Shown here one piece after another: positions 1 through 11,888 of a stretch of DNA of 33,985 bases. The translations under genes and the position numbers were made by a program. Positions within the stretch are counted from its first letter, which is position 1; each line of letters opens with the position of its first letter. Source of the stretch: Nemertoderma westbladi (taxonomy: Eukaryota > Animalia > Xenacoelomorpha); assembly GCA_032718475.1 (NCBI GenBank), contig JAUCBJ010002748.1, positions 1-33,985 on the forward strand, read 5' to 3'. A model generated the notes under the pieces. It was not told where the DNA came from. It ran no database searches and saw nothing but the letters and a program-made list of their open reading frames with translations.

Positions 1-679
1 ACTAAATAATTTAAGTGTTTCGTTTCGTTAAATTTTTCGTTTCGTTTCGTTTCGTTAAATTAAAAAGTTATTAATAATTACGATATCAATTTATTAATAT
101 ATTGAAATAATTGAAAAATTATAAATGATATTATCCTTAATTGCTGTAATGTAAAGAGAGTAAATTATTACCTTCTATACAGCCAACCTTTAATGCCTAC
201 CAGTTAACGTTACCATGACAATGCAACAGTCTAGGGCGGACTACATTAGAACTGTAATAAGGCACTAAGGCAATACTGATAGTAATTACTACTATATAGA
301 ATATGGCAACTGGTATACCTGGGCGTTTCACCTGCTGGAACGTAACGTATGTTACCACTATAGTGGATAAAACTCAAAAGGAGACATACCCAAAAAATTG
401 GGGAGGGGGGGGGGGGGGGGGTCAACACCGTCCTTTATATTGAGAGAATTATACTGTACTATTTTATATTAAATTATATTGTACTACGAGCGGGAGGCGG
501 TTATTCTATTTATAACTATTATTTGATAAAAATGAAAAAATTTTAGAAGAAAACAAAACGAAAAACGAATTTAAACTCTATGAAACGAAACGAATATTTA
601 ATTGGATTTGTAAAAACGAAACGAAATTTATTAAAACGAAACTAAATTAAATTTCTTTCGTTTCGTTATGCCATCCCTG
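1..679. mobile_element. Right part of a non-autonomous hAT-like element
   Basis: Ends in CATCCCTG (reverse complement CAGGGATG, an Ac-like terminus), with dense AAACG/CGTTT subterminal repeats at 17-56 and 555-667. The left end is outside the window. Confidence 0.6.
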
Positions 680-1855
680 TTTCACATCATCATATATTTC
701 CACAATTACGTTTCTCCGAGCCCGCGGGTTCCGGTTGTCGACGTAGGAGCTCCCCAGCTCCTTATATACAGTCCTGAGTGCTGTGTGACTTGGTGGGCTC
801 TGGTTGTAGGTTGTGGGGCTCTGGTTGTAGCCAATACGAGGTCCTCGGTGCAGTAGCACATCTAACCGCAATGTTACTGCCTACAAGTGTCGCGCAGACC
901 CTGAGTCGTCTGCACATTTTTGGGCCCAAAGATATACGTTCAAATATTTGTAACTCTTAATCGACAGAACTTCAAACCGACATGTTGAACAATGGTACCT
1001 CAATGGTACAGCTCATCTTCCTGCGTGGCTCGCCCCAAACTATACACGTACAGTTATTAGACTTTTTAATATGTCAATCTCCCCGTTTTTTTAACACTAG
1101 ATCCAATATTAAATGGCCGGTTCGTAGCTATGTATCACGGACAGTCGGACACAGCTCCGGGTGGGTGTACTTAATTAAACACATCGATAAATGGGTTTAA
1201 ACATTGTTGCCAATAGGAGGACATAATATTGGCAAATTAATGGTGTTTAAGAGATAGATTTCCTTTTTATAAATTATAATAATTAATTGGAAGCTTCAAT
1301 AACTTTCGAATAAAACCAGCGTGCGGAAGTTATCAATATTCTGTTCATATGATTTTCCTTATCAGAAGATACAGTCCAAAAAATATTACATTATATTTGT
1401 AAGAACCGCAGTTAGTCTAGGATAAAAACTTATTTAGAGTGGGAAACTATAATAAACTAACTATAATTATGTAGAAAAACAATTTTCCACAAGAATTTGT
1501 TGTGAGAATCTCTATAATTGTAGGGCGAGAAGGACGTGAGCCTAAGACGTGAGCCTAAGACGGTTAACAATTGGTTAATTCGACGGTTTGATTACCTCAT
1601 GATGGAAATTATATGAATATTATAATATTTCTTGTCTTGCCGGTTGAAGCTTCAAGGGCGTAAACTAATAATTTAATATCTTCATTCCAAAATAACGTTG
1701 CAATAACGGCAAATAAATATTATGTTTTGGAAAATATATTTGTTTTCAGTGGAGTTTGTAGTGTTTGTGGTGTCGGAGAACCTATTTGTCTGATTTTCAT
1801 TGCGTAAGAATATATTTGAGTTGGTCCGAGTAACACAACGGCCATATTTCGTGTG

Positions 1856-2003
1856 GCACCAATTAATAGTGGGTGCAGTGCAAAAGTAATCCGCACCAAT
1901 TAATAGTGGGTGCAGTGCAAAAGTAATCCGCACCAATTAATAGTGGGTGCAGTGCAAAAGTAATCCGCACCAATTAATAGTGGCTGCAGTGCAAAAGTAA
2001 TCC
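1856..2003. repeat. 37-bp minisatellite x4 (GCACCAATTAATAGTGGGTGCAGTGCAAAAGTAATCC)
   Basis: Units start at 1856, 1893, 1930 and 1967; one substitution in the last unit. Confidence 0.95.
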
Positions 2004-2036
2004 ACATATGTTATCAACGTCAGGTTTTACGTTTAC

Positions 2037-2042
2037 TTTATT
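2037..2042 (-). terminator. Candidate UTP15 polyadenylation signal AATAAA
   Basis: Plus-strand TTTATT about 40 nt past the stop; part of the palindrome TTTATTAATAAA (2037-2048). Confidence 0.5.
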
Positions 2043-2079
2043 AATAAATCTATTTCTATACCCTTAGGAAAGGTTACTG

Positions 2080-2408
2080 CTACATCGGTAAGGTAATGTT
2101 CATATCTGATTGGCTAATATTGATCGGTAAGGTAATGTTCATATCTGATTGGCTAATATTGTTAACATTATCTAGCACTCTGGAATCATCAGAAATGGTT
2201 GTATGTGCAGCTGCTGCATCCAGCGGTAGAGAATTAAACTTTGTCTGGGTCGACGATCCAACCACCTGACCCGCGGTCACTAACTCAACCTTCCCTAGAG
2301 TTTCCTGAAGAGTTCGTTGATATTTCAGTTGATATCGGGTTAGCGCGTGAATCCGTTTCAGTTTCCTAAGAAGTTTCGGAGATGTTGAGAAGTCCGAGCT
2401 GTACATAT
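2080..2408 (-). CDS. UTP15: UTP15 terminal coding exon
   Basis: ttacag|AT ATG TAC (phase 1 completes the Asp codon). Encodes DMYSSDFSTSPKLLRKL...YQRTLQETLGKVELV versus human DIYLPVIGQSP...YQRELLETLGMMDML. Stop TAG at 2082-2080. Confidence 0.88.
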
Positions 2409-2534
2409 CTGTAATAAATATCAAATTATCGTAAACATATTAATATAGGCCCTATATCGTAAATTACTGTAAAATATTAGAACATAGCACATGCCCACCT
2501 ACAGGCTAATTTGTGCTGTATACCGGTAATGAAT

Positions 2535-3362
2535 TAGTGTTGCAACCGAATCGGGATCCACAATTTTCGGGATTGCAACTGTCGGGATCCACAATTTTCG
2601 GGATTGCAACTGTCGGGATCCACAATTTTCGGTATTCGGGATCGATTTTTTCTTCGGGATTTTTAATTTTATTGCGGCCATTAACTCATCCAAAACTCAA
2701 AATAGCCATCTGCCCAGCCCTCTTTATAGGAGTAAAAAAAACTTTCGAGAAATCTATGTGCTCTAAAAAATGCCTAGATTATGTAAAAATGTCCACTGAC
2801 TTTTTTCAAATGGTTCACTGATGTAGTTTATTTCCCACCTACGTATTTCATTTCACATAAGTTTTTAATATAATTTCTGCAACATTTTTAATATATCTAC
2901 TGCAGTCTGACTGAATCGCTTCGCTACCACATAAATTTGTTATAATATTCAATAAAAGCAACAAGTGTTTCTCTTTTTTATAATATAGACATTAATTTAA
3001 TAGATTTAAAAAGGAATGGATTTTAGATATAAATTCAGAAATCGGTTGTAAATCATGTAAATCAATCAATCCTTCTTCAATATCAATCCTCCAAAATTAC
3101 TGCAGCCCGTATCGGATTCGATATTAGAGCTCTCTCTCTCTCTCACCTTGACTGTCAACAGTTCAAATCTGAGTCTGCTTCCCAATCAGAGTCAGGAACT
3201 TTGTCAAGTGTTGTTTTTGTTATTCATAAAAATTGTACATTTTTATACAATTTTACAAATTTTACGCCACAGTGCATCTAAATTCAGATATCGCAAATCC
3301 CGAAACTTTTCAATCGGGATCGGGATCGTGACCGGCATAGTAATCCCGTGGTTCACAGTTTA
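2535..3362. mobile_element. Degenerate MITE-like element with CGGGAT subterminal repeats
   Basis: Tandem TCGGGATCCACAATTTTCGGGATTGCAACTG units at ~2551-2660 and ATCCCG/CGGGAT clusters at ~3295-3350. No clean TIR or TSD. Confidence 0.4.
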
Positions 3363-4079
3363 AATTATTATTTATATTTCAAAATGTATTTAGTATTACC
3401 ACCGAGTTATATATGACACAGACTACAGCGATGTAATGCCTACATCCTTGTGACGCGGTCACTTGTTTCTTTTTAGAATAATTAAAAGATATTTCATGGA
3501 AATAAATCAATGTAAATAGTTTACTGTTTGTTATTCAACTGTTTACTCAAGTTTAGCAATAAGCCTTTCGCTTGCCATCGAAGTACAAGTTCGTGGGGCC
3601 TTCGCGCAGCACGAGGTAAGGTTATGAGATATAGATTAATATTGAGCGATTCTACTGTATCACAAACTCGGTATTTAAGAAATTTAACCGAAAAACCAGT
3701 AAATCAAAGAGAGGGGAATAAAGCCCCCCCCCCCCCCCCCCCCCCTCGGTCAACATCCCTCTTAATCTGCACCACCCCGGCCCAAAGGTGCACAGAGGAT
3801 TGATGAAAGGCAGGTGGTATTAACAGGGAAACTGTGTAACATATTATATATTTTTTTTTAATATAACACAAAATACAACTGGAAGCGATTCACAAATATA
3901 CAAACAGCACAAATTTCTTGCAAAAATAATTAAAGATCGCATATTATTTAATTTATTTAACCAACAAATAAATAAATAAACTCATATTATTGGCAATATG
4001 TTAAACTCATAAAGTAATATATTAAATATTTTAGGCGACCCAATTTGTAAGAAATATAAAACTTACCTTATGCCGATAG

Positions 4080-5420
4080 TAGGGATGTCCCGGAATTCCG
4101 TTCCGTCCGGAATTCCGGCGGTTTTTGAACGATTCCGGTTCCGGCCGGAATTGCCGGAATGGGGTCAATTCCGGCCGGAGTTTTACCGGAATTACAAGGT
4201 TCCTAGCTAGTTTGATCGTTGCAATTAGTTTGTTAAATTATTATCAAAATTTATATATTTTTTTAACATATACTTACCAATTAGTTTAAGATACTTGTCA
4301 ACACTTGTAGTTGTAAAAAAATAAACAAGTAAACTTTTATTCGGCAGTTAGAGCTACCACTTAAGGATGCAAGTCAGAGATGCGCCATGGCTAGTCCCAT
4401 CAAGCATTCGTACCGAAACGAAAACTACCCTGGCCCTCATGTGGGGATCGAACCCTCGACCTCCAGAGAGATATAAATTCAATGCAACCATTACACTAAG
4501 GTGGAGTCTAACTAAACTAAGCTATGCAACGAGGGGAAATTGACTGCCACCGTGTTTTTTAAAGTGAATGGGTGAAACAGGGGGGGGGGGGGGGGGGGGG
4601 GGACTGGACGCAAATCCCATCTTGACGAATTAATATCCCGCCTCAATGTTAAATTCTCAATTTAGGGAAAGGAGCAGGTTACACTGGCACGTTATTTTAA
4701 CCAAAACAATAAACTAAACTATAGTATTCGTATACAATTCACAACCACCTTAATTTACATCTTGTTAAACCTTTTGTCGCTTTGAAGCGATTTTTTATGA
4801 AATGCATTAGGCCCATAAGTAGTTTTCAGATTTTGTCTGAGTTCGTATGTCAAAAGTATAGCTCCCGTGCTCCACTGGTAACACATAAGTCAAAAGTCAT
4901 TTGTTAAAATATATAAGATGCGTCTCACATTTACTACATATTTCTACTCAAAGTAACCAATCACAGGCCTTCAGCATGCCATAAGTCATGAGTTGATTAT
5001 TGTAGATGGAATTATTATTATTATTTCAGATAGGGGGGGAAAATTGGACGCAATAAAAATTAATCCCTCTCCAGGAGAAACTCGACGCAAATAACAGCTG
5101 ATTACTCTCAATAATGAATTCCATGTCGTTTAAGGCCGAAAAGTATGGGGGTACTTCCAGTCCCATAAAAGGCCATAACGGGCCAGGCCGCTGTCCACTC
5201 CACCCACTTTAATCGCCCCTAGGTGCTGATTGATCTCTAGTAAACTTGGCTTTAGAAATTAAAAAATTCATTTATTTCACAAAAAATTATAAAGTTTCAT
5301 GGGTCATTTAGTGTATTTCAATAATTATACAAAATTCCGATTCCGGCCGGAATATTCCGCATGCTGAATTCCGGTTCCGGTTCTGGCCGGAATCAAAATA
5401 TCGATTCCGGGACATCCCTA
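4080..5420. mobile_element. hAT-superfamily MITE, copy 1
   Basis: 17-bp perfect TIR TAGGGATGTCCCGGAAT...ATTCCGGGACATCCCTA. 8-bp TSD GCCGATAG (4072-4079 and 5421-5428). CCGGAAT/ATTCCGG subterminal arrays. Confidence 0.93.
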
Positions 5421-5949
5421 GCCGATAGTATAGATACTGAAATATTAATTTATCAAGTCAACGCCAACGAAACTCCAACGAAAAAACCAACGAAATTATT
5501 TAGCTAATTATTCTAAGGAATCACGATTCAGGCGATAATTTTTGGAGATAAATAATAAGCAAGCTGGCTTATTAGTCTGACACCTAACATGAGTAGTGCC
5601 TATTTCCTATAGATGTAATTACCCGTTGCCATGTAGTGGTGAGATGATAGGACTGGTTCCCGACCAAGTATGCCAAGGAATGAGGGAGCTGGAAGTATAG
5701 AGTGGCAGGGGCATGTTGATAACTTAATTACATTTAGATCAATTAAAAACACATATTTCGTAAAGAAAATCACACGAACGAATTAAAAAGTATAATGGAA
5801 TGGGGTATGGGGATTACAGCTGTATAATTTTTAAATATAATTATTTATACCTTATACTATAAAATAATTAATTTCCATTAAGTCATGTTGAAAATGTTGT
5901 TTTTACCCTAACCATCATTAATTAATTGATTATTAATTAATTAACTGAA

Positions 5950-6180
5950 TTTATCTTACCTACTCGAAGGTCACACGCAAATTCAACTTGGAAAATTTCT
6001 AAACTTTTGCCAAACAACATGTTTACCAAGTTTGGAGAGATTTCATTAAGGATTAAAGATTTCATTATTAACGTTCTAAAATTTGACATAACAGAACAAT
6101 AGACACACTGATAGAGTTAGTGGTACCCATATGCTAAGCTCGCTTACTTTCGTGGCTCGCCCCACAACGAGCCATTATTG
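5950..6180 (-). mobile_element. HINE/DINE-1-like dispersed repeat (GGGGCGAGCCACG family), 5' portion
   Basis: 5' hairpin TGGCTCG-TTGTGGGG-CGAGCCA and core '...aatgaaatctctccaaacttggtaaacatg'. Related heads occur at ~1024-1037 (-) and ~9644-9660 (+). The lower boundary is uncertain. Confidence 0.5.
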
Positions 6181-6265
6181 GTCTCGGAGTGTTATTAACA
6201 AATTAAAACAAACCATTTCGTCGTTTAGTAATATTTAATTTTCTAATTAAAATTACTCACACCAA

Positions 6266-7452
6266 GGTCTGTCAAGCGGTTACGTCGCGTTTCGGCAACT
6301 GTCACGTTTAGGCAACTCAAATTCGCGTTTCGGCAACTGAACAATTACGTATCACCAACTGCTATAGTTGTGTTTCGGCAACTCGTTGTTGCATTTCGGC
6401 GAACTGAAATCGCGTTTCGGCAACTAGGTAACTAAATCTGTATCTGTAATGTATCTGTGACTGCACTCATCATGTAAGTATATTATAAATGATGACAAGT
6501 TTAAGTTAGTTATTGTTTTTGACGGCAGAGTTGTTAACTGTTTGAGTTAGTTAGTTAATTTTAAATATACCCGCAACTGAAGTTGTGGATGTAAACGTTT
6601 GGAACTGGAGTCTGTCTGTGTGAAACACAAATCCCGTTTACAATTTCCAAGGTTAGTTTTTGTAATACAAAGCGAAGCGCACCTTGCTGGGCGGGGTTTC
6701 CAGCTACAACTTCAGTTATAATTAATTTCAGTTAATATTATGTTGAATTGGTAATTTTTTAATATTTTTTTCAATATTTTGCTCACTCAGACTTACCGGT
6801 ACAATATTACGCTTACAAGGGGATATAGACTTCCACGACATGTGTAGTAGCCCTAACTTTGATTTTATGGATCAGACATAATAACAATAATAATTATAAT
6901 TCATTTATTGTTGGTTTTGTGTAGGCCTCCGGTAATAGTCAGTAGTGTTGGAGTAGGCGTGGGTAAACGGGTCAGAGTAAAACGCGGATCCGGGTTCTAC
7001 ATTTAACATTGTCCCTACGGAAGTCGATTTTTTTTATATTTTTATAACTCCCAAAAATAAAACTATAACCTGTTCTATTAACTTTAGTTAATTGTTTTGG
7101 TTAAAATAACGTGGCACTGTAACCTGCTCCTTTCCCTTAATTGATCGTTTTACACCTACCCTGGGTAAACTAATGTAAAATGAATTGAATAATGGGAAAC
7201 GTAATGAGGCAAAGGTAATAATCTATACTCTAGACTCTATACAGTATCCAGTTGGCCTTTGTTTACGAGTTGCCGAAACGTATCTATCAGTTTGCCTAAG
7301 CGCATCCTGTCAACAGTTGCCGAAATGCAACTATGAGTTGCCGAAATAAAACTATGAGTTTCGGAAACGCATCACTCAGTTGCCGAAACGCAACCTTGTT
7401 ACCATGTTGCTGAAACAGTTGCCGCAACGCGACAACACCTGTAAAGCAGCAC
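6266..7452. mobile_element. Foldback-like element with long modular inverted arms
   Basis: Repeated GTTTCGGCAACT at 6285-6426 is mirrored by repeated AGTTGCCGAAAC at 7268-7432 around an unrelated interior. Confidence 0.65.
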
Positions 7453-7629
7453 TGTTTATCATCTTTTAATATTACTATATTGTTATTATTATTTGCCAAA
7501 GCAAATTATGATTAGTATTAATCGTGCGTAATAAAAGTGTAGTTCTGTTTGATAATGAAATGACACAGTTTAAATGCTGTGATTGTATGTAACTAATGAA
7601 ATAATTCGATAGTTCTTGGTATTACGGAC

Positions 7630-7822
7630 CTGTGACGATTTCTAGAACCACGGATAGTATTCGAAAGTTTCCTGGTAGCAATAAATTAATACGTATAAAT
7701 TCCAACAAGGATGCTATCCAACCGGGGTCTCTACCTTGTAATGCGTTACGTAACACATTACGTCGCCATAACTCCCGCAACATTCCAACAGCTTTCTCAG
7801 GATTGTGGATTCTGTAATTAAT
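7630..7822 (-). CDS. UTP15: UTP15 internal exon (193 nt), C-terminal domain
   Basis: atttag|ATT AAT...ACA G|gtccgt. Encodes INYRIHNPEKAVGMLRELWRRNVLRNALQGRD...LEIVT versus human [25 protein letters not shown]...AEIIID. Phase 0 in, phase 1 out. Confidence 0.9.
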
Positions 7823-8019
7823 CTAAATAAAATCGCTATTGTTTGTTTATATTCTTCGATATACAACGCAAATGATTAAAGTAGATATAAAGTAATTAGT
7901 TATATGATAAAAAGTTTGAAACCGGTAATTTAGCTTGGGTCTACCATTTAAGGATGCAAGCGGGATAATCAAATAATATGCTAAACATATGTTTGAATCC
8001 AAAGCTCATGGCCTTAGAG

Positions 8020-9392
8020 GTTAGCTATGTATGTAGTAGTTAGCTATGTATGTAGTAGTTAGCTATGTATGTAGTAGTTAGCTATGTATGTAGTAGTTAG
8101 CTATGTATGTAGTAGTTAGCTATGTATGTAGTAGTTAGCTATGTATGTAGTAGTTAGCTATGTATGTAGTAGTTAGCTATGTATGTAGTAGTTAGCTATG
8201 TATGTAGTAGTTAGCTATGTATGTAGTAGTTAGCTATGTATGTAGTAGTTAGCTATGTATGTAGTAGATAGCTATGTATGTAGTAGTTAGCTATGTATGT
8301 AGTAGTTAGCTATGTATGTAGTAGTTAGCTATGTATGTAGTAGTTAGCTATGTATGTAGTAGTTAGCTATGTATGTAGTAGTTAGCTATGTATGTAGTAG
8401 TTAGCTATGTATGTAGTAGTTAGCTATGTATGTAGTAGTTAGCTATGTATGTAGTAGTTAGCTATGTATGTAGTAGTTAGCTATGTATGTAGTAGTTAGC
8501 TATGTATGTAGTAGTTAGCTATGTATGTAGTAGTTAGCTATGTATGTAGTAGTTAGCTATGTATGTAGTAGTTAGCTATGTATGTAGTAGTTAGCTATGT
8601 ATGTAGTAGTTAGCTATGTATGTAGTAGTTAGCTATGTATGTAGTAGTTAGCTATGTATGTAGTAGTTAGCTATGTATGTAGTAGTTAGCTATGTATGTA
8701 GTACCCCTAGTAGTTAGCTATGTATGTAGTAGTTAGCTATGTATGTAGTAGTTAGCTATGTATGTAGTAGTTAGCTATGTATGTAGTAGTTAGCTATGTA
8801 TGTAGTAGTTAGCTATGTATGTAGTAGATAGCTATGTATGTAGTAGTTAGCTATGTATGTAGTAGTTAGCTATGTATGTAGTAGTTAGCTATGTATGTAG
8901 TAGTTAGCTATGTATGTAGTAGTTAGCTATGTATGTAGTAGTTAGCTATGTATGTAGTAGTTAGCTATGTATGTAGTAGTTAGCTATGTATGTAGTAGTT
9001 AGCTATGTATGTAGTAGTTAGCTATGTATGTAGTAGTTAGCTATGTATGTAGCAGTTAGCTATGTATGTAGTAGTTAGCTATGTATGTAGTAGTTAGCTA
9101 TGTATGTAGTAGTTAGCTATGTATGTAGTAGATAGCTATGTATGTAGTAGTTAGCTATGTATGTAGTAGTTAGCTATGTATGTAGTAGTTAGCTATGATG
9201 TAGCAGTTAGCTATGTATGTAGTAGTTAGCTATGTATGTAGTAGTTAGCTATGTATGTAGTAGTTAGCTATGTATGTAGTAGATAGCTATGTATGTAGTA
9301 GTTAGCTATGTATGTAGTAGTTAGCTATGTATGTAGTAGTTAGCTATGTATGTAGTAGTTAGCTATGTATGTAGTAGTTAGCTATGTATGTA
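8020..9392. repeat. 19-bp minisatellite (AGTTAGCTATGTATGTAGT)n, roughly 70 copies
   Basis: Near-perfect array. A few AGATAGC and AGCAGTT variants and one short interruption at ~8704. Confidence 0.98.
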
Positions 9393-9460
9393 CTGTGTAT
9401 GTACTACTATGTATGCAATAAATGCGAATACAGTTATTTTTTACATAAAACAACATTTAC

Positions 9461-9562
9461 CTTTAGAACGGAATTAAGGGCTCTTGTTATGTTAAACTTT
9501 CTCAGCAGTTTATCACAAAGCTCCACAGACTCAACTCTTTTTCGCGCTACAATCTGGTCACC
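9461..9562 (-). CDS. UTP15: UTP15 internal exon (102 nt), start of the UTP15 C-terminal domain
   Basis: ctttag|GGT GAC...CTA AAG|gtaaat. Encodes GDQIVARKRVESVELCDKLLRKFNITRALNSVLK versus human [33 protein letters not shown]. Phase 0/0. Confidence 0.88.
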
Positions 9563-9639
9563 CTAAAGGGAATGCAATAAGAATATAGTAGAAATAACTA
9601 TTTACACAGGCCTACTATCTACTTACATACTCGTATCAT

Positions 9640-10200
9640 GTGGGTGGGGCGAGCCACGTAAGTCCATGTGAGCCTTAGCGTAGCGTAACAATTAGTGAAA
9701 CGTCCGTCGAAAATGTTTGAACGCTAATATCAGTCAATCTTTTATGAAATGGAACCAAACTTCGTACACAATGACACATGTAGTCTATAAAAAGACTAGA
9801 AATTATACACACAGACAGACTTATTTAGTTCATCTGTCGACCGCTAGGGGGCGAATAACTAGACTGTTGACCAATTGTGCCTCTACGAAAAGGCCTATCT
9901 GGACCCGCGCGATGCGTGTCGGTGTGCGAGATGTCCCCACGTACGTATCTCTACCTGCGCGATGCGTGTCGAGTGCGAGATGTCCCCACGTACGTATCTT
10001 TACCTGCGCGATGCGTGTCGGTGTGCGAGATGTCCCCACATACGTATCTTTACCTGCGCGATGCGTGTCGGTGTGCGAGATGTCCCCACGTACGTATCTT
10101 TACCTGCGCGATGCGTGTCGGTGTGCGAGATGTCCCCACGTACGTATCTTTACCTGCGCGATGCGTGTCGGTGTGCGAGATATCCCAAAGTACGTGTCGT
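9640..10200 (+). mobile_element. HINE/DINE-1-like element with internal 50-bp CpG-rich tandem array
   Basis: Head GTGGGGCGAGCCACG, core '...atgaaatggaaccaaacttcgtacac', then about 6 copies of CGCGATGCGTGTCGGTGTGCGAGATGTCCCCACGTACGTATCTTTACCTG (9908-10195). Confidence 0.6.
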
Positions 10201-10861
10201 TATCGTTCGTCTAATAAACCAGTGGGATTATGCAGCAGTAAAGAACTTCGACTGTCACTCGACAGTCAACATTGATTTCAAATACATTTGGAAAGAAAGA
10301 GACAGAGAGAAGACAAAAGAACCATCCTGTTGAAATGTAAAGAGACACTAAAGATTGCCACAATGAATGCACGCACACTGAAAGCTCATCGAAAACAGGG
10401 TGACATGATTGCCATCCAAGAACATCGGATTTGTCATGAAGATACTGCCATGAAGTACAATGACATTGGAAATGGGGTCGTTTGTAACAAAACAAGCTCA
10501 GCAGAAAATTTGGCCAATGCATCAATTGGTGGAGTAGGAATTCTGCTAAGCCCATTTGTACTTTAGACCCCACACAACATCGAATCTATAAATTTCAGAC
10601 ATTGGATGGGAATCCTAAGACAACGACAACAATAATATGTGGCTTCAGTCCAACAAATGCCTCAGAGCCAGAACAAGCAGTCAAGTTTTATGAAGATCTG
10701 ACTGGAGTTATAAAAGACTTTCCGAAACACTATGTCAAAGTCATTTGCTGGTGACCTGAATGTGCAAAATGGCCGAGAAGACATCAAGGGTTATACCTAT
10801 AACACCAGTTCGAACAGAAATGGGTACTTACTCTTAGAACTAATGAATAATGTGAAGCAAA

Positions 10862-11208
10862 TCTACGAGAATTGATCTTTAGTTTATTAGTTCCCAGAAT
10901 CAATGCTCTACTGTGCCATTCAGCTGAATGGATTTGAGCAATTGCGGGATCTCTCTCTGACCATAGGCAAATAACATTTTACCCAGCTGATAGCTCCTTT
11001 CACAGAATACAACACAAACTCTTGCCCTGGATTCGATGAAAGTGAATGTCTATTACAGTAGGTTCGTGGGAAATCTGGCCTCCTGAATGACTTTTTAGTT
11101 ATACAGTAGTGTACATAGTTGAGCGCTTGAAAAACTGCCTTTTTTATAATTTACTGTGAACATATTATTATAATGTTAGTTGGCTCCCAGGCGCGCCTGG
11201 GGTGCTAG
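10862..11208 (+). mobile_element. Non-autonomous Helitron-like insertion
   Basis: A|TC...CTAG|T junctions and no TSD. 16-bp palindrome CCCAGGCGCGCCTGGG (11186-11201) lies just before CTAG. Removing the insert gives the in-frame LINE sequence GAA GCA AAT ATA ATA AAA GCC CAC (EANIIKAH). Confidence 0.65.
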
Positions 11209-11888
11209 TATAATAAAAGCCCACAAGGAATCAGGCAAGAGGCAGAATCCCCAGAAACCCAAAGGAAAACAGTATGTGCCAAGGCAAAACTCTGAGGTTA
11301 CTTGTAAGAGAGAGAAGATCTTAAGATAGCCTACAAAGTAAAAACCCAACAACGGAAAACATTAACAATGTTGAGAAATCCAAGGGAAGACCTTAAATTG
11401 GCCTACAACATCAACCAGGAAAAGTACATGAGGACAAAATTAACTGCTTACTTACAGAGCAACAATCAAGACTTACCTGGCAAACTGTGAATGAGCTATC
11501 TGGTCGGAAAAGTTGCGCCTAAAAGCTGATAGTCCTGTTCTGAATAACGTGTTGGGAAATGGAAAGCACTACCTATAGAAAATGGGGACTTCACACCCGC
11601 CGAACTCCAAAAAAGCATTAAAAGCATGTCAATCATAAAGCGAGGTGATTATATGAAATCCCTGCTGAGGCATGGTAAACAGGAGTGCTGAACAGACCAT
11701 TATTGGATGTTTGCAACCGGATGTTAAAAGGGGAAAAGTCAACTAAAGCCTCTCCCCCCAAGAAAGGAGAATTCGGTATACCAACAAAATATGGTGGGAT
11801 CTGTCTGCTTGTGGAAGGAAGCTGCCAAAATATACAACAAAATGATTCTATATAGAATTAGGCCTCACATAAAGAATCTGTTACGAAA

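Noticed and set aside
9717-10333. Overlapping 130-165 aa ORFs
   Set aside because: They arise from the stop-free 50-bp tandem repeat.
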